A DNA stretch of 64,000 nucleotides from NCBI GenBank assembly GCA_015056485.1, contig SVGD01000004.1, forward strand, positions 37,460-101,459, written 5' to 3'. The stretch comes from Clostridiales bacterium (GTDB lineage Bacteria; Bacillota; Clostridia; TANB77; CAG-508). A program made the position numbers and the translations under genes. This document shows, one piece after another, positions 18,333 to 29,352 of the stretch. The notes beneath the pieces are model-generated. The model saw only the letters and a list, made by a program, of their open reading frames with translations, was not told the DNA's origin and ran no database searches. The first letter of the stretch is position 1, and each line of letters opens with the position of its first letter.

Positions 18333-21035
18333 TTATTTTTCTCTAACAAATATTAAATAGTTAACAAAACCTGATTTATTATTATCAAATTCATCAATAT
18401 CGTACCATCCACATCTAGCGCTACTTGCTGGATCAGCTACATAAATTTGTTCTTTTCCATTGTCATTTCTGTAACCTATTATTGATACCCAGTGTAATTC
18501 ATTAGTCCACTTCGTTCCGGATTTTCCTATAAATCCTGAGTTTCCCTTAACATGTATCAGTGCATATCCTCCACTTCTTAATTGTGCACTAAGTGCTGAA
18601 GTGTGATTCTCCTTATTTTGAAAACTTCGTGTTAATCCATATTTGTTAAAATATGTCTCTCCATTTGCTCCATATGGTATACCACCAGCAGCAAATTTAT
18701 CAATTTCTTGAATTAACTGATTAATTGGTGCTCCTGTATAAGCACTTACTATACACATACTAGCTGCTCTGTTACATTTCTTTTCCCATCCTGGTGTTTT
18801 ATTTTGATTTACCATTGTAAACGTTTTTCCTGTTATAGATGAAGTAAATACTGTCGTAGTTGATCCACTTCCACCTGAAGCTGTACCTCCATATGTTTTA
18901 CCATGATACCTGTCATAAATTTCTTGAGCATACTGAATTCTAGATTTATAAGGTGTTTTTTCTAAACTATATTCTGGCTCAAGCGGTCGCTCCCAAGATA
19001 CACAGAATGCAGTTGTTGCTTCTTCAATTGTTGTAGCATTTTTCCATGTTGATTCATTGTAAATCTTTCCTTTATACGTTCTATCATAAAATTCTTTTGA
19101 TGCAAAATCCCTAGCAGGTCCTGAACCTACAATTTCAGTTATTAAGAATTCAATTTGAGTATCTTCATCATTCCATGAAGTTCCTTTAGAATTTGCATAT
19201 GCCTCTAAAGCTGTTCTTCTATCATGAGACCATTGTGCTAATCCTATTCCAACTCCATTAGATTCAACAGCACTAGCATTTAATCCTCCTGATTCATATG
19301 CTAGATTTCCAATAGCTCCTGCAACTGCATAATCATATTTATCATCTGAGAAGCCAGCACCTTTCAAAGCAAACCAAAGCTTTGCTTCCAAAGAGTCTCC
19401 CACAAAACTTCCATCTATTGAATAGAATTCTCCCTCTTGGAATACACTTAATAAACTTGCTAAGTCCTCATCTGTTACACCATAGTCATTCCCTGTATAT
19501 TTATATAACATGTACCTCATTAATGTTTCAATTTTTTGTGTTCTTTCATTTAAAGATAAATAGTAAAAAAATGTATCTGCAGACTCATATTCATTTATAA
19601 TATAACGAATTGGTATTTTATATGATTTATCTTCAGGACTTTTATATTTTACTTCTTTACCTCCATCATCTTCTGTTACATAGTCATTTATTCCCTCTGT
19701 ATATTCTGATGAATATGGTGAAACATATTTACCATCTTTGTTTCTCCATAATCCTAAAAATCCATTTACATTTATTTCTTCATTTGAACTTCCAATTATC
19801 CATTCAGTAGTATTAGTGTTTCCTGTATATTTTAATTTTTGATTAATTTTATTAACGGCTTTACCTTCTTTATAATAGTCGGTTCCACTTTGTTTGATTG
19901 TAACACTTTCTGTTCCTAATTCTTCATCAATCTCTGTTATTTCATCCATTGGTGCATGAGTTGTTTTGTTTTGTGTATATGTTACATTTTTCTTATATGC
20001 CCATGTATCAGCTTTTGTTATTTTTACATCTATTGTTGTCATAGTATTAACAGTTGTTGAACTTTCAGATTTATCTACTGTTGTTTTAGTTTCATTCACC
20101 CATTCTGCACCTGTTAATTCCTCTTTAGTTGCATAATTTGATGTAGTTTTTACTACAGTTTCTTCTGTCCATTCTTCTGTTTCTATTATTGTTTCTGTAG
20201 TTGTATTATCCATTATATCTAAAATGATTTCTCCTTTTAAAGCTAAATCTGCAACAGCTGATACATATTCTGGATTATTAGTTGTTTGCATAAGTATAAA
20301 TAAAAATTCATATGGAATAGTATATTGTGAAACTAACATTTGATAGTTTATTGGTGTCGTTGTAACATTATACGTAGTAGTTGTTGCTCCTGCAATATCT
20401 GTAATAGTTGTTTGATTTGATGTTGCAACATATAAATTCCATGACTCATCTACTGTAAAAAGATTATTTAATTCATTTACATCACTTTCATTTTGATTGC
20501 TATTTGCATTAGACACTTTGCTTTCAAAATCAGTATAATTAACATATGTTAAAGGAGTACCATTTCTATGTATCTTTATAATCCCGCGTATATCTCCTAT
20601 TCCTGTATCAGGATAATTACTTACAATTTCAGCTTGAACCATTTTCTCTAAATAAGTTAGTCCACTACCATCTTCACAAAAATCATTTTTACCTAAATAA
20701 TATGATTCCGGAGTTATCAAACTGCCCCTTAAATCTTTTCTAATAGTTTCATAAACTGTTTCGTCGATTTTAATTTCTCCATTTTCAATTTTGGTAGAAG
20801 ATGCAATTGTTTCAGCTGATTTACCTGCTGCTTTAGCCGTGTTTCCATTAATTGAATTACTAGATAATATATAAATTAAAGCTATACCTGCTAATATAAA
20901 AATTATACCATATTTTTTTAAGAATTCTATTAATGCAGCTTTGCTAAATATTGCCATTAATGCATTTTTTAAAAATTCCCCTAGTGTTTTTCCAGTTTCC
21001 TTTGCTTTACCAAAAAATTTATCAAAATCATCCAT
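18333..21035 (-). CDS. Membrane-anchored cell-wall hydrolase: phage-tail-lysozyme domain plus C-terminal C39-like peptidase (VirB1-like role)
   Basis: N-terminal TM; AGAIGNLAYESGG...GIGLAQWS..RRTAL...QIEFLITEI...F...WERP; C-terminal KCNRAA, HWVSIIGY, YVADPA (Cys/His/Asp). Confidence 0.8.
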   Translation of the reverse strand: MDDFDKFFGKAKETGKTLGEFLKNALMAIFSKAALIEFLKKYGIIFILAGIALIYILSSNSINGNTAKAAGKSAETIASSTKIENGEIKIDETVYETIRKDLRGSLITPESYYLGKNDFCEDGSGLTYLEKMVQAEIVSNYPDTGIGDIRGIIKIHRNGTPLTYVNYTDFESKVSNANSNQNESDVNELNNLFTVDESWNLYVATSNQTTITDIAGATTTTYNVTTTPINYQMLVSQYTIPYEFLFILMQTTNNPEYVSAVADLALKGEIILDIMDNTTTETIIETEEWTEETVVKTTSNYATKEELTGAEWVNETKTTVDKSESSTTVNTMTTIDVKITKADTWAYKKNVTYTQNKTTHAPMDEITEIDEELGTESVTIKQSGTDYYKEGKAVNKINQKLKYTGNTNTTEWIIGSSNEEINVNGFLGLWRNKDGKYVSPYSSEYTEGINDYVTEDDGGKEVKYKSPEDKSYKIPIRYIINEYESADTFFYYLSLNERTQKIETLMRYMLYKYTGNDYGVTDEDLASLLSVFQEGEFYSIDGSFVGDSLEAKLWFALKGAGFSDDKYDYAVAGAIGNLAYESGGLNASAVESNGVGIGLAQWSHDRRTALEAYANSKGTSWNDEDTQIEFLITEIVGSGPARDFASKEFYDRTYKGKIYNESTWKNATTIEEATTAFCVSWERPLEPEYSLEKTPYKSRIQYAQEIYDRYHGKTYGGTASGGSGSTTTVFTSSITGKTFTMVNQNKTPGWEKKCNRAASMCIVSAYTGAPINQLIQEIDKFAAGGIPYGANGETYFNKYGLTRSFQNKENHTSALSAQLRSGGYALIHVKGNSGFIGKSGTKWTNELHWVSIIGYRNDNGKEQIYVADPASSARCGWYDIDEFDNNKSGFVNYLIFVREK

Positions 21036-21076
21036 TATTACATCTTCACCTCCTTAGAATTATTCATTATTTATTT

Positions 21077-22045
21077 CTATAAATCTACTATTATATGTTT
21101 TGTATCTTCATAATTTTCTTTATCGTTTGCATACTCTTCATAATTTATAATTACATTTGTAAAATGCATATTTTTAATCACTTTTTCTGCATCATATACC
21201 TTATTAAATTTGATATCAAGTGTCCTTTTTTGTTGTGGTTTAAAAATTAATTGAACCTTACTTATTTCATGTGCATATGCACTATATTTAACATCATTAT
21301 CATCTAATAAATATATTGTTTTTACATCTTCTTTATTGTCTAACAATATAATATTTTGATTTTTATTTTTTACTGAAATATTATATTTTTCATATTCCAT
21401 ATAAACATCTTTATAATTTACTGTTAATTGTATATTATTTTGTGTACTAGTACCTTTTACATTCTTTCTACATATATAGCTATTTATATTTAATTTTTTT
21501 TCATCATCTTCTTGAATTACTGTAATGTAGTCAGTTTGCTGATTTGAATTATTAGCTTGTCCTGTTGATAAAATATCTGAACCTATGGTTACTTTATATG
21601 TATATGTAGTTCCATCAACTGTCCAAACTTGCATATCACATATTTTCTTTTCATTAAAAATATTTTTATAATATTTTTCTATAAAATCTTCTTCTGTTGA
21701 ATATAAAACTTCTTTACAATTATTACTTAATAGCTCATATGCATTCGATGTTTCTCCATTATTACAATATTCTATAAAATCTTTTATTATTTCTTCATTC
21801 AAACTTGCAGTATTATTTGAAATAACATAATCATTCATTACTGCTGTTTGCTTTTTTTGTGTTTTATCTTTAGTAGCAGTAATAGTAGTACTGTTCGTAC
21901 TACTATTACTAATATCTTTTGTGTTCACTTTATTTTTCGATAAATAATTTAATAATTGCAATAATCCAAATAAGAATATAAATACTATAATACCTATCCA
22001 AATTTTCTTTCTGTTTTGATTATAAAATTGTTTTAATCTAAACAT
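21077..22045 (-). CDS. Bitopic membrane protein, NTF2-like plus Ig-like domain (T4SS-like accessory)
   Basis: Single TM, S/T linker, FIEYCNNGETSNAYELLSNNCK NTF2-like helix pair. Confidence 0.6.
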   Translation of the reverse strand: MFRLKQFYNQNRKKIWIGIIVFIFLFGLLQLLNYLSKNKVNTKDISNSSTNSTTITATKDKTQKKQTAVMNDYVISNNTASLNEEIIKDFIEYCNNGETSNAYELLSNNCKEVLYSTEEDFIEKYYKNIFNEKKICDMQVWTVDGTTYTYKVTIGSDILSTGQANNSNQQTDYITVIQEDDEKKLNINSYICRKNVKGTSTQNNIQLTVNYKDVYMEYEKYNISVKNKNQNIILLDNKEDVKTIYLLDDNDVKYSAYAHEISKVQLIFKPQQKRTLDIKFNKVYDAEKVIKNMHFTNVIINYEEYANDKENYEDTKHIIVDL

Positions 22046-22062
22046 CTATCTACTCCTATTTT

Positions 22063-24864
22063 TTATAACAATTTCTCAAAATTATCAACGTATTTTTTAG
22101 TTGCATTTTGCGCATTTTTATTGATTTTTTGTTGAATTTTACTGTCTTTCACATCATTTCCAGCTTCTTTTTCTTTTTTAGTATATGCCTCTGTAAATTT
22201 TCTTAGCATAGCCTTTCTTAACTCAGCTTTGTCAGCATCAGACATCATTCCACCTGTTGGCTTTTCTGCCTTATATTTACTTGCACCAACAAGTAAACTT
22301 TTAGCCTCTGCTTCTGATAATGCTCCTGATTTGTGTAAATCTCTTGCCTTATCAATCATTTTATAGTCATTTACACCTGTATCTGCTGAATATTCTGCAA
22401 TTTCTTGTGCATTTTCTTTTCTTTCTTTTTTACTTGCTTCAGCATAATTTTTATCCAAATATCTTTCCATTTTTTCTGATTTTATTTTGCTTTCAACATC
22501 TGTATCCCTATTTGCATTATCTGGTCCCAATCTCTCTGATTTGTAATTACTATATAAATCGCTTCCAAAATTATGTCCCGCTTGTATTGTTCCTCCCAAT
22601 ACTCTTTCAGATAAATTGTAAGATGCACTTCCTAAGGCATATCCTGCAGAGCCTCCTAATGCTGCTTTTGCTAAAATTTCTTTTGGAGATTCTCCTGCTG
22701 CTAATGAACTAATTCCTACAACAGATGCTCCTACTCCTCCTAATGTTGCTGCTGCAGAAAATCTTAATGCTTTTTTCACTCCATTTTCATATATTGCAGG
22801 ATTTTTTAATCTCTTCCATCCAGTTTTTAAGGCAGCCTTTGCAAATGATTTAACCCTTCCTTGTTTATACTGATCTGAAAGCTTTTTCTTATCTTTCGTT
22901 TTAGTTGGTTCTTTAGGTTTATTTTTTTCTCTATCTGCTTCCAATTGTTTCTTGAATTCGTCAATTGCCTTTTGATTAACCTTTCTCTCTTCTTCATTCT
23001 TCGCCCACGCTTTATCTCTTTCTTCATCTAGTTCTGGGTTTTCTATTGAATCATTATATAAGCGGTTATCTTCATTTTCTAATCTTTGCTTTTCATCAAG
23101 CAATCTATCTCTTTCTGCTTTTTGTTCATCATTTAAGTCTCCCCATTCATCAGAACCATTATCATCTCCTGAATCATCATCTCCACCTTCTAAGAATCCA
23201 TCAGTTGAATTTGTTCTGCCTTTATATAATCCATCATCATTATTTCCATCTGAATCTTTGCCACCAATTTTACTTTTTTCCTTATTAGATGAACCTGCCC
23301 CTAAAGTCTTCGCTTTTCCAGCAAGTTTAGAAACTGCTGATGCTACCATTGAACCTGCAGCTGCACCAGAAAATGCACTTGCTGTTTCTGACTTGTTGAA
23401 ATTGAACATTTTTCTTAATAATTTTTCAGCTGGCATTAAAAATCCTAATACTACACAAACATAAATAGGATTGGTTTCAGCAAAGTCAAAAGCTGTTGTT
23501 ATAAATACTGTATATAACAATATGTGGAAAGGTTGTATAAGCAAATTGTACATATATTCCTTTAACCATACGCTAAAACCTTGTGCAGTTCCATCATTTA
23601 TTTTATCAATCGGGTAAGTTAACGCTATTAATGGTGCAATTAGTGTTAAAAAAGCTAAATAAATTACCCTTTTCAAATAGTAAAATAAGAAAAATATTGT
23701 GAAGAATATCATTGCCAAATAAATTATAGTATAAGACATTTTCTGTCTTAATGTTTGGTCAAGATCTATATTATCTGAATCTTCTGAAGTAGTTGCCTTG
23801 GTTTCATCATAAACTGATAAAAATTGAGACTCCATTCTTGCAGAACCTAATAAGTTAACAGGCCATTCAAGATTTCCTGTTTTACTACCCTCTAATAATT
23901 CAGGAGCTTGGTCCTTTACTGCTTCAATAGTATCTTCATCGCCAATATTATACCAAATTACTTCTGATTCATTTGAAGAAGATACAGCTACCGTTATTTT
24001 CTCTACAAGAGTTATAGCAAACACCATTATATAATGTAATACCATAACTAAACAAATTGCAACAAGCCAATCTGTAATCATAGCTTTATATTTTGCCTTT
24101 TCTGTTGTAGAACTTGATATAATTATTCTTATTCCTACATATACTAATACTGATAATAATCCAACTAATGCTAAATTCCTAATTGCATAATACCACTTAG
24201 TAATTGTATCTCTTAATGCTGCTGCTGTAGATATTGTTGTTATTTCATCTGTAGAAACTTTTCCATTTCCATCAAGATCTGAGTAATATACTTCTCTTTC
24301 CTTTCCTGTTTCTGGATCTTTATACATTCCTTTAGAGGAACTACTTGGATTAAAGAAATTTACATCTGTTAAGCCCAATTTATTTGAAAAAATATATTCT
24401 GGTGAAATTATAATAACCGGCAAATATAAATTAGCGGGGACTCCTCCTGCCGATACTTCTAGCATTTCATCTCTTGAAGCTGAAGCCAAACTTATAGCTC
24501 CTCCTAATGCACCAGCTCCAGCAATTACCCATGCAACTGCTGCTGCACCTCCTGTCAAAACAGTTGAAGCAACTACTCCTGCAATTGCTGCTATACCTAG
24601 CAATACCCCTCCTACTACATTCTTCCAATTGGTACTCCTATCAATTTTTATAAATGAATTTTCTAATCCATAGACCACTCTTTGAACTATCCATACTGCA
24701 GCATCTCCTACACGTAATAATACATTAAAAAACATATTACCTAAATCATCATGCAAAGCTGCCTGTGAGTAAGTAGGTGTTAATGTAAAATTTACTAGTA
24801 GAACCAAAACTATACAAATTATTATCTTTTGCATAAAATTCTTTTTTGTGAAAAACAATTTCAT
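22063..24864 (-). CDS. VirB6/TrbL-like polytopic membrane protein with long hydrophilic C-terminal tail
   Basis: YLKRVIYLAFLTLIAPLIALTYPIDK...WLKEYMYNLLIQPFH core; Gly/Ala-rich segments; D/E-rich tail; directly after VirB4. Confidence 0.75.
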   Translation of the reverse strand: MKLFFTKKNFMQKIIICIVLVLLVNFTLTPTYSQAALHDDLGNMFFNVLLRVGDAAVWIVQRVVYGLENSFIKIDRSTNWKNVVGGVLLGIAAIAGVVASTVLTGGAAAVAWVIAGAGALGGAISLASASRDEMLEVSAGGVPANLYLPVIIISPEYIFSNKLGLTDVNFFNPSSSSKGMYKDPETGKEREVYYSDLDGNGKVSTDEITTISTAAALRDTITKWYYAIRNLALVGLLSVLVYVGIRIIISSSTTEKAKYKAMITDWLVAICLVMVLHYIMVFAITLVEKITVAVSSSNESEVIWYNIGDEDTIEAVKDQAPELLEGSKTGNLEWPVNLLGSARMESQFLSVYDETKATTSEDSDNIDLDQTLRQKMSYTIIYLAMIFFTIFFLFYYLKRVIYLAFLTLIAPLIALTYPIDKINDGTAQGFSVWLKEYMYNLLIQPFHILLYTVFITTAFDFAETNPIYVCVVLGFLMPAEKLLRKMFNFNKSETASAFSGAAAGSMVASAVSKLAGKAKTLGAGSSNKEKSKIGGKDSDGNNDDGLYKGRTNSTDGFLEGGDDDSGDDNGSDEWGDLNDEQKAERDRLLDEKQRLENEDNRLYNDSIENPELDEERDKAWAKNEEERKVNQKAIDEFKKQLEADREKNKPKEPTKTKDKKKLSDQYKQGRVKSFAKAALKTGWKRLKNPAIYENGVKKALRFSAAATLGGVGASVVGISSLAAGESPKEILAKAALGGSAGYALGSASYNLSERVLGGTIQAGHNFGSDLYSNYKSERLGPDNANRDTDVESKIKSEKMERYLDKNYAEASKKERKENAQEIAEYSADTGVNDYKMIDKARDLHKSGALSEAEAKSLLVGASKYKAEKPTGGMMSDADKAELRKAMLRKFTEAYTKKEKEAGNDVKDSKIQQKINKNAQNATKKYVDNFEKLL

Positions 24865-24894
24865 ATTATCCTCCTAAATATTTAGTCCTTTGTT

Positions 24895-26847
24895 TTACTG
24901 TTTCATTTGTGCTAATTTATTCAAATTCGTTTCCACAAATTCAAATTCTTTTTTTGTAGGCTTAATTTGTAAAATTGCAGTATCAGAACCAACCTTAAGT
25001 AATCCTTCTCCTTTTAAACAAGTTACTAAAAATCCTGCTTCTCCTTCACTTAGTTTAAAAACTTCTTTTAAATAGCTTATTTCCGATTTATCTTGTGCTA
25101 AAAATAATTTTGTATCAGATGATGTTAATACTGCTTGTGCCTCTGGTTTTTCATAAAAATCTTGAAATCTTTGTGAAACTATTGCTAAAGATACATTTCT
25201 TTTTCTAGCACGTCTTGCCATTGTATTTAAAAAGTCTACTGCTTCAGGATATGGTAAAAGCATCCATGCTTCATCTACTAGAACTCTTTTCTTTGTTGCT
25301 TTTGACCTATCTTCACTATTTTTCTTAACATATTTTTCCCAAATCCATGAAAGTAGTATTTGTTGTGCTAATGGTCTTGCAAATCTTTCTTCTAATCCTG
25401 AAATATCTAAGTTTATAAATGGCGCCCCCTCTAATAAATCAAATGTACTTTGTCCATCAAAGTATGCCATTTGTCCATTAAATTCTCTTATGTATTGTTT
25501 CATAACTTTTACTAAGTAACTATAATGGAATCTATAATCTGCATTATCGTTTTCTTGTGCTTTTTTTACAATTCTCTTATACCATGACCCAATTGTAGGC
25601 ATTTCTTTTTTATTTTTTGCTAAAGAATCTCCGTTAAAATTACTATCTAATTCATATAAGCTTGCTGGGTCAGATGTAATTCCCACTCTTTTATATTCTT
25701 CTGCAACTGCCTCTGATATTATTTGTTTTGTAAGCTCATTAACTTCTTTACTTCTAGTACTTCCTCTTGCCATTGTTAATATTGCTTGAGTAACATCCTC
25801 AACTTTATTTTCTACATTAAGTATTGCTCTTTCTCTTCCTGTAATTTCATCTCTAATTTTTTCAACTTCTATATCAAAAAGATTTATTATTGTGTTAGAG
25901 TTTGGACTAATTATTACATTTATTCCTCCTAATGCATCTGCAACAGGCTTGTACTCACCTTCTGCATCTAGAGCTAAGCTTTCAATACCCATTAAGACCG
26001 AAGACCTAGATATTAAAGTTTTCATTGTAACAGATTTACCTGCTCCAGATTTAGCAAAAACAACCATATTATAATTTGTTAATGAGTTATGGAAATTATC
26101 AAATAATATAGGTGTTCCTGTTTGCTTGTTAAATCCTAATGGAATCCCTGTAAGATGACCTACTTCTGAAGTAGTAAATGGAAATACTGTTCCCATTGAC
26201 CTACGGTCAAAAGTATGAACTTTTTTAACTTTATCTTCCATTAAAGGTAAATTACTTTGAAAAGCTTCCTCTTGTATTCCCCATGCTGATTTTATATTAA
26301 CTAATGATTTAGACATTTCTGTTGCAAGTAATTTTGTTAATCTATCTAAATCTTTTAGGTTGTATGTAAATAATGTCGAAATAATTGAAGCTTCAAATAA
26401 TTTGTTAAAACCTGATGCTATTTCATCTCTTAATTCCTCTGCTTCTATTCTTTTTTGTGCCAATAAGCTTTCTCTGTTTATATTTCCTCTATCTGCAGCA
26501 ACAATTCTTTCTGTTTCAAGTTCATTTATTACTTTATTTAATTGATTTTGAGATGTCGATTCTTGTATAGGTTTTATATATATTGATGTGTTTACATCTC
26601 CAAATTCATACATATCTCTAAGTAGATATGGAAATGTTGCCATTCTTGGTAAGTTTGACACGAAAAAGCTTCTAGCAAATCTTGTTGTATTAGAAATTAT
26701 TTCTAAATGATCTATATTTGATGCATCTATTCCAGATGGTGCAATTAACTGTTTTATTGTTTTCTTTTTTAATAATTCATATTTTTCTTCTGGTGAATTA
26801 ACTTTTAGCAATTCTTCTTGTTCTCTTGATTTCTTCTTTGCTGCCAT
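24895..26847 (-). CDS. virB4: VirB4-family type IV secretion ATPase
   Basis: NYNMVVFAKSGAGKS Walker A, LDAEGEY, INLFDI, VLVDEAW Walker B, ARRARKRN..L.IVSQ, GEGLL. Confidence 0.93.
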   Translation of the reverse strand: MAAKKKSREQEELLKVNSPEEKYELLKKKTIKQLIAPSGIDASNIDHLEIISNTTRFARSFFVSNLPRMATFPYLLRDMYEFGDVNTSIYIKPIQESTSQNQLNKVINELETERIVAADRGNINRESLLAQKRIEAEELRDEIASGFNKLFEASIISTLFTYNLKDLDRLTKLLATEMSKSLVNIKSAWGIQEEAFQSNLPLMEDKVKKVHTFDRRSMGTVFPFTTSEVGHLTGIPLGFNKQTGTPILFDNFHNSLTNYNMVVFAKSGAGKSVTMKTLISRSSVLMGIESLALDAEGEYKPVADALGGINVIISPNSNTIINLFDIEVEKIRDEITGRERAILNVENKVEDVTQAILTMARGSTRSKEVNELTKQIISEAVAEEYKRVGITSDPASLYELDSNFNGDSLAKNKKEMPTIGSWYKRIVKKAQENDNADYRFHYSYLVKVMKQYIREFNGQMAYFDGQSTFDLLEGAPFINLDISGLEERFARPLAQQILLSWIWEKYVKKNSEDRSKATKKRVLVDEAWMLLPYPEAVDFLNTMARRARKRNVSLAIVSQRFQDFYEKPEAQAVLTSSDTKLFLAQDKSEISYLKEVFKLSEGEAGFLVTCLKGEGLLKVGSDTAILQIKPTKKEFEFVETNLNKLAQMKQ

Positions 26848-28000
26848 CTTTAATTCCTCCTTTTTCTTTTGTACTAGATTTCTTCACTTTTTTTATAGCT
26901 TCCTCAGCTATATCAGCTCCCAAATATGCTTCATTCTCCATAATAATCATTTCTGCCATTTGTTCCGCTAATTCTTCTATACTCATTTCTTTTTTTATTA
27001 CCTTTTTTTCTTTTTCACTTCTAGCTTCTTCCACTGCCATTGTTGCTTGTTCTAACGCTTTTTGTTCTATAACTTCATCTAATGCTTCCATTCTCTTATC
27101 TAGTACATCTTGTGCTGTTGTATATAATTCATCATATCCTGCTCTTAAAGCTTTTTCCAATCCATAAGTTTCTGCCTCATCTCTATTATAAGCATTATAA
27201 AGCATATCCACTAATTCATATGAATCTAAAATGTTTCCCGCTATTTCACACGCTGACAAGGTTCTAATTATAGATTGACATCTTGTATACAATTCTGAAA
27301 AAGCTAAGTTTTTAACTTCATCATCACCTAATAAGTCGTTTCCCGCTTCCGCAGCATAATATGAAACTATAATATAATATTGTTTTCTTAAAACATTTCT
27401 ATTTAAGCTCATTCTTTCTGTATTAAATATTATATCTTTACCATAATCATAAAGATTTTTTTCTTTAATAATTTCCATATGTTGCTTGTTTAATTCTTTT
27501 TCTGTATATCTTCCTGATTGTTGCATTTGTTTATATTTATTTTCTTTACTTGTTAAACTATGTTCTATATCTTCTAATCTTTTTCTATAATTTTGTAAAC
27601 TATTTTCCAAATTTATTGTTCTTGTTTGTGTATATATTTGAATTGGATATCTTAATGTGTTTAAAAGTTGAACAAATCCACTTTCAATAGAATTTTTTTC
27701 AACACTAGACATTAAATCATAATTTATTCCTTGGCATTCTATTGCCATTAAATATCTTTTCCCATTTTTTTGAATTATCATATTGTCTTCAATTTTATCA
27801 AATTCCATAAAATCAAATATTGACTGTGTACTATATGATTGAGTTGTTTTACCACTCTTTACTTCTTCGTTTGATTTATTATTTTTATTAATCTGAGATG
27901 TCCCATTTTTCTCATCCATTGACATTTTCATATATATAAAAGTTAATATGATTACCACAAAGGCTAATATAACTGCTACTATAGCTAATATTTCTCCCAT
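26798..28000 (-). CDS. Membrane-anchored TraC/TrsD-like VirB4 partner protein
   Basis: N-terminal TM; FMEFDKIEDNMII...GINYDLMS..EK.....F..LLNTL.YPIQIY.QTR segment typical of the gene preceding VirB4; coiled coil. Confidence 0.7.
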   Translation of the reverse strand: MGEILAIVAVILAFVVIILTFIYMKMSMDEKNGTSQINKNNKSNEEVKSGKTTQSYSTQSIFDFMEFDKIEDNMIIQKNGKRYLMAIECQGINYDLMSSVEKNSIESGFVQLLNTLRYPIQIYTQTRTINLENSLQNYRKRLEDIEHSLTSKENKYKQMQQSGRYTEKELNKQHMEIIKEKNLYDYGKDIIFNTERMSLNRNVLRKQYYIIVSYYAAEAGNDLLGDDEVKNLAFSELYTRCQSIIRTLSACEIAGNILDSYELVDMLYNAYNRDEAETYGLEKALRAGYDELYTTAQDVLDKRMEALDEVIEQKALEQATMAVEEARSEKEKKVIKKEMSIEELAEQMAEMIIMENEAYLGADIAEEAIKKVKKSSTKEKGGIKDGSKEEIKRTRRIAKS

Positions 28001-28341
28001 TATTCTTTTTCCTCCTTTGTATAGACATAAATTCTTCTTCCTTTTCTTCGGAAATTTATTGCTCTTTTTATTACATCATCAATGTTTTCTCCACCTGTTT
28101 TTCTAGTAAATTCCCAACTTGATATTTCAGGCACTTTAAAGCTTCCTATTACATATCCTATTGCTGCAAATACGAGTGCAATAACTATTCCTACTACATT
28201 TAAGTTTAGTATGCTAAATATAAAAAAGAATAATAATCCTACTGCTCCTGTAGCTGCTGTCCATAATAAAGATTTAACTGAAAAAATAAATAAAATTCTA
28301 CCTTCACCTTTTACATTTCTAGGTATTTCATATGTTCCCAT
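28000..28341 (-). CDS. PrgI/VirB3-like small membrane protein
   Basis: YEIPRNVKGEGRILFIFS, two TM helices, basic C-terminus; translationally coupled to the next gene. Confidence 0.78.
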   Translation of the reverse strand: MGTYEIPRNVKGEGRILFIFSVKSLLWTAATGAVGLLFFFIFSILNLNVVGIVIALVFAAIGYVIGSFKVPEISSWEFTRKTGGENIDDVIKRAINFRRKGRRIYVYTKEEKE

Positions 28342-28460
28342 CCAAAGTTCTCCTTTGTATACAATTATAATTATATATATTATAACAGAAATGCCTAAAA
28401 ATGATAATATTTTTACATAAATTTCACAAAAATGTCATGTATATGTAACACTCTTGTAAT

Positions 28461-28497
28461 AAAAAGAACCTCGTTCTTTTCTGAACAAGGTTCTTTT
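28461..28497 (-). terminator. Intrinsic terminator after the pilin trio
   Basis: AAAAGAACCTCGTTC...GAACAAGGTTCTTTT hairpin. Confidence 0.7.
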
Positions 28498-28511
28498 GTT
28501 TAAAATTATTA

Positions 28512-28874
28512 TTAACCTGCAGTTAATGTTTGTGCCCATGTGAAAACTGTTTGAGCTAATGCTGATGCAGCAAATATTAAAACAGCACCAATTAGGTATG
28601 GTATCATTGTTTTTTTGTATTCTGCTTTTTCTTCAGCGCTTCCCATCATATATTTAATACCTAAAACAATTAGTATTGCAACAGATGCAATTATTCCTAT
28701 AACCTGTAAAATACCTACTAATCTGTTACCAAATGTTTGAATATTATCTGTTCCTTGATGATCTGGATTAACTTGTCCTGGTGTATATCCTCCTGTTGCA
28801 AAAACTGATGTACTAATAGTAACTACCATTAAAGCTATCATAAGTATAGAAACGATTTTTACTAATTTTTTCAT
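28512..28874 (-). CDS. TrbC/VirB2-like pilin 3
   Basis: Signal peptide; ILQVIGIIASVAILIVLGIKYMMGSAEEKAEYKKTMIPYLIGAVLIF two-helix hairpin. Confidence 0.88.
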   Translation of the reverse strand: MKKLVKIVSILMIALMVVTISTSVFATGGYTPGQVNPDHQGTDNIQTFGNRLVGILQVIGIIASVAILIVLGIKYMMGSAEEKAEYKKTMIPYLIGAVLIFAASALAQTVFTWAQTLTAG

Positions 28875-28943
28875 ATTATAGTCCTCCTTTTATTATTATA
28901 TATATTTTAACTATTCTACTTGTTATAGAATAATGTTAAAAAC

Positions 28944-29330
28944 TTAAATTTCTTGCAAAATATTTGCAATAATTTTCCATATTCCAAAAGCTCCAAATAC
29001 AACTATACAACCTATTGCAAATGGTAATAAACTCTCTTTTATTTTTACTTGTTCTTCTATACTTCCCATCATATAATAAATACCTAAAACCATTGCATAT
29101 CCTACAGCAATGAAAATTGCAATTGCAAGAAGTATATTATAAATTGTATTTGACACTTCCTTTAAAGCATCATCTTTTATTGGTTCTCCTTCAGATTGTA
29201 CTAGAGTTTCACCATCTTTTATAAATGACTGACCTTGTTCTAAAATTTCATCAATAGCATATGTAGGATTTATAAATAATCCTAGCAATAATATAAATAT
29301 ACTTAATATAATTATTATTTTTTTACTCAT
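28944..29330 (-). CDS. TrbC/VirB2-like pilin 2
   Basis: LGIYYMMGSIEEQVKIKESLLPFAIGCIVVFGA. Confidence 0.85.
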   Translation of the reverse strand: MSKKIIIILSIFILLLGLFINPTYAIDEILEQGQSFIKDGETLVQSEGEPIKDDALKEVSNTIYNILLAIAIFIAVGYAMVLGIYYMMGSIEEQVKIKESLLPFAIGCIVVFGAFGIWKIIANILQEI

Positions 29331-29352
29331 ATTATCACTTCCATTTCTGCAT

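Noticed and set aside
22063..26847. AGG or CGA as additional shift-inducing codons
   Set aside because: AGG-G, AGG-A and AGG-T occur in frame in the intact VirB6-like and virB4 genes, and CGA occurs in frame in addB and the permease, without frame breaks.
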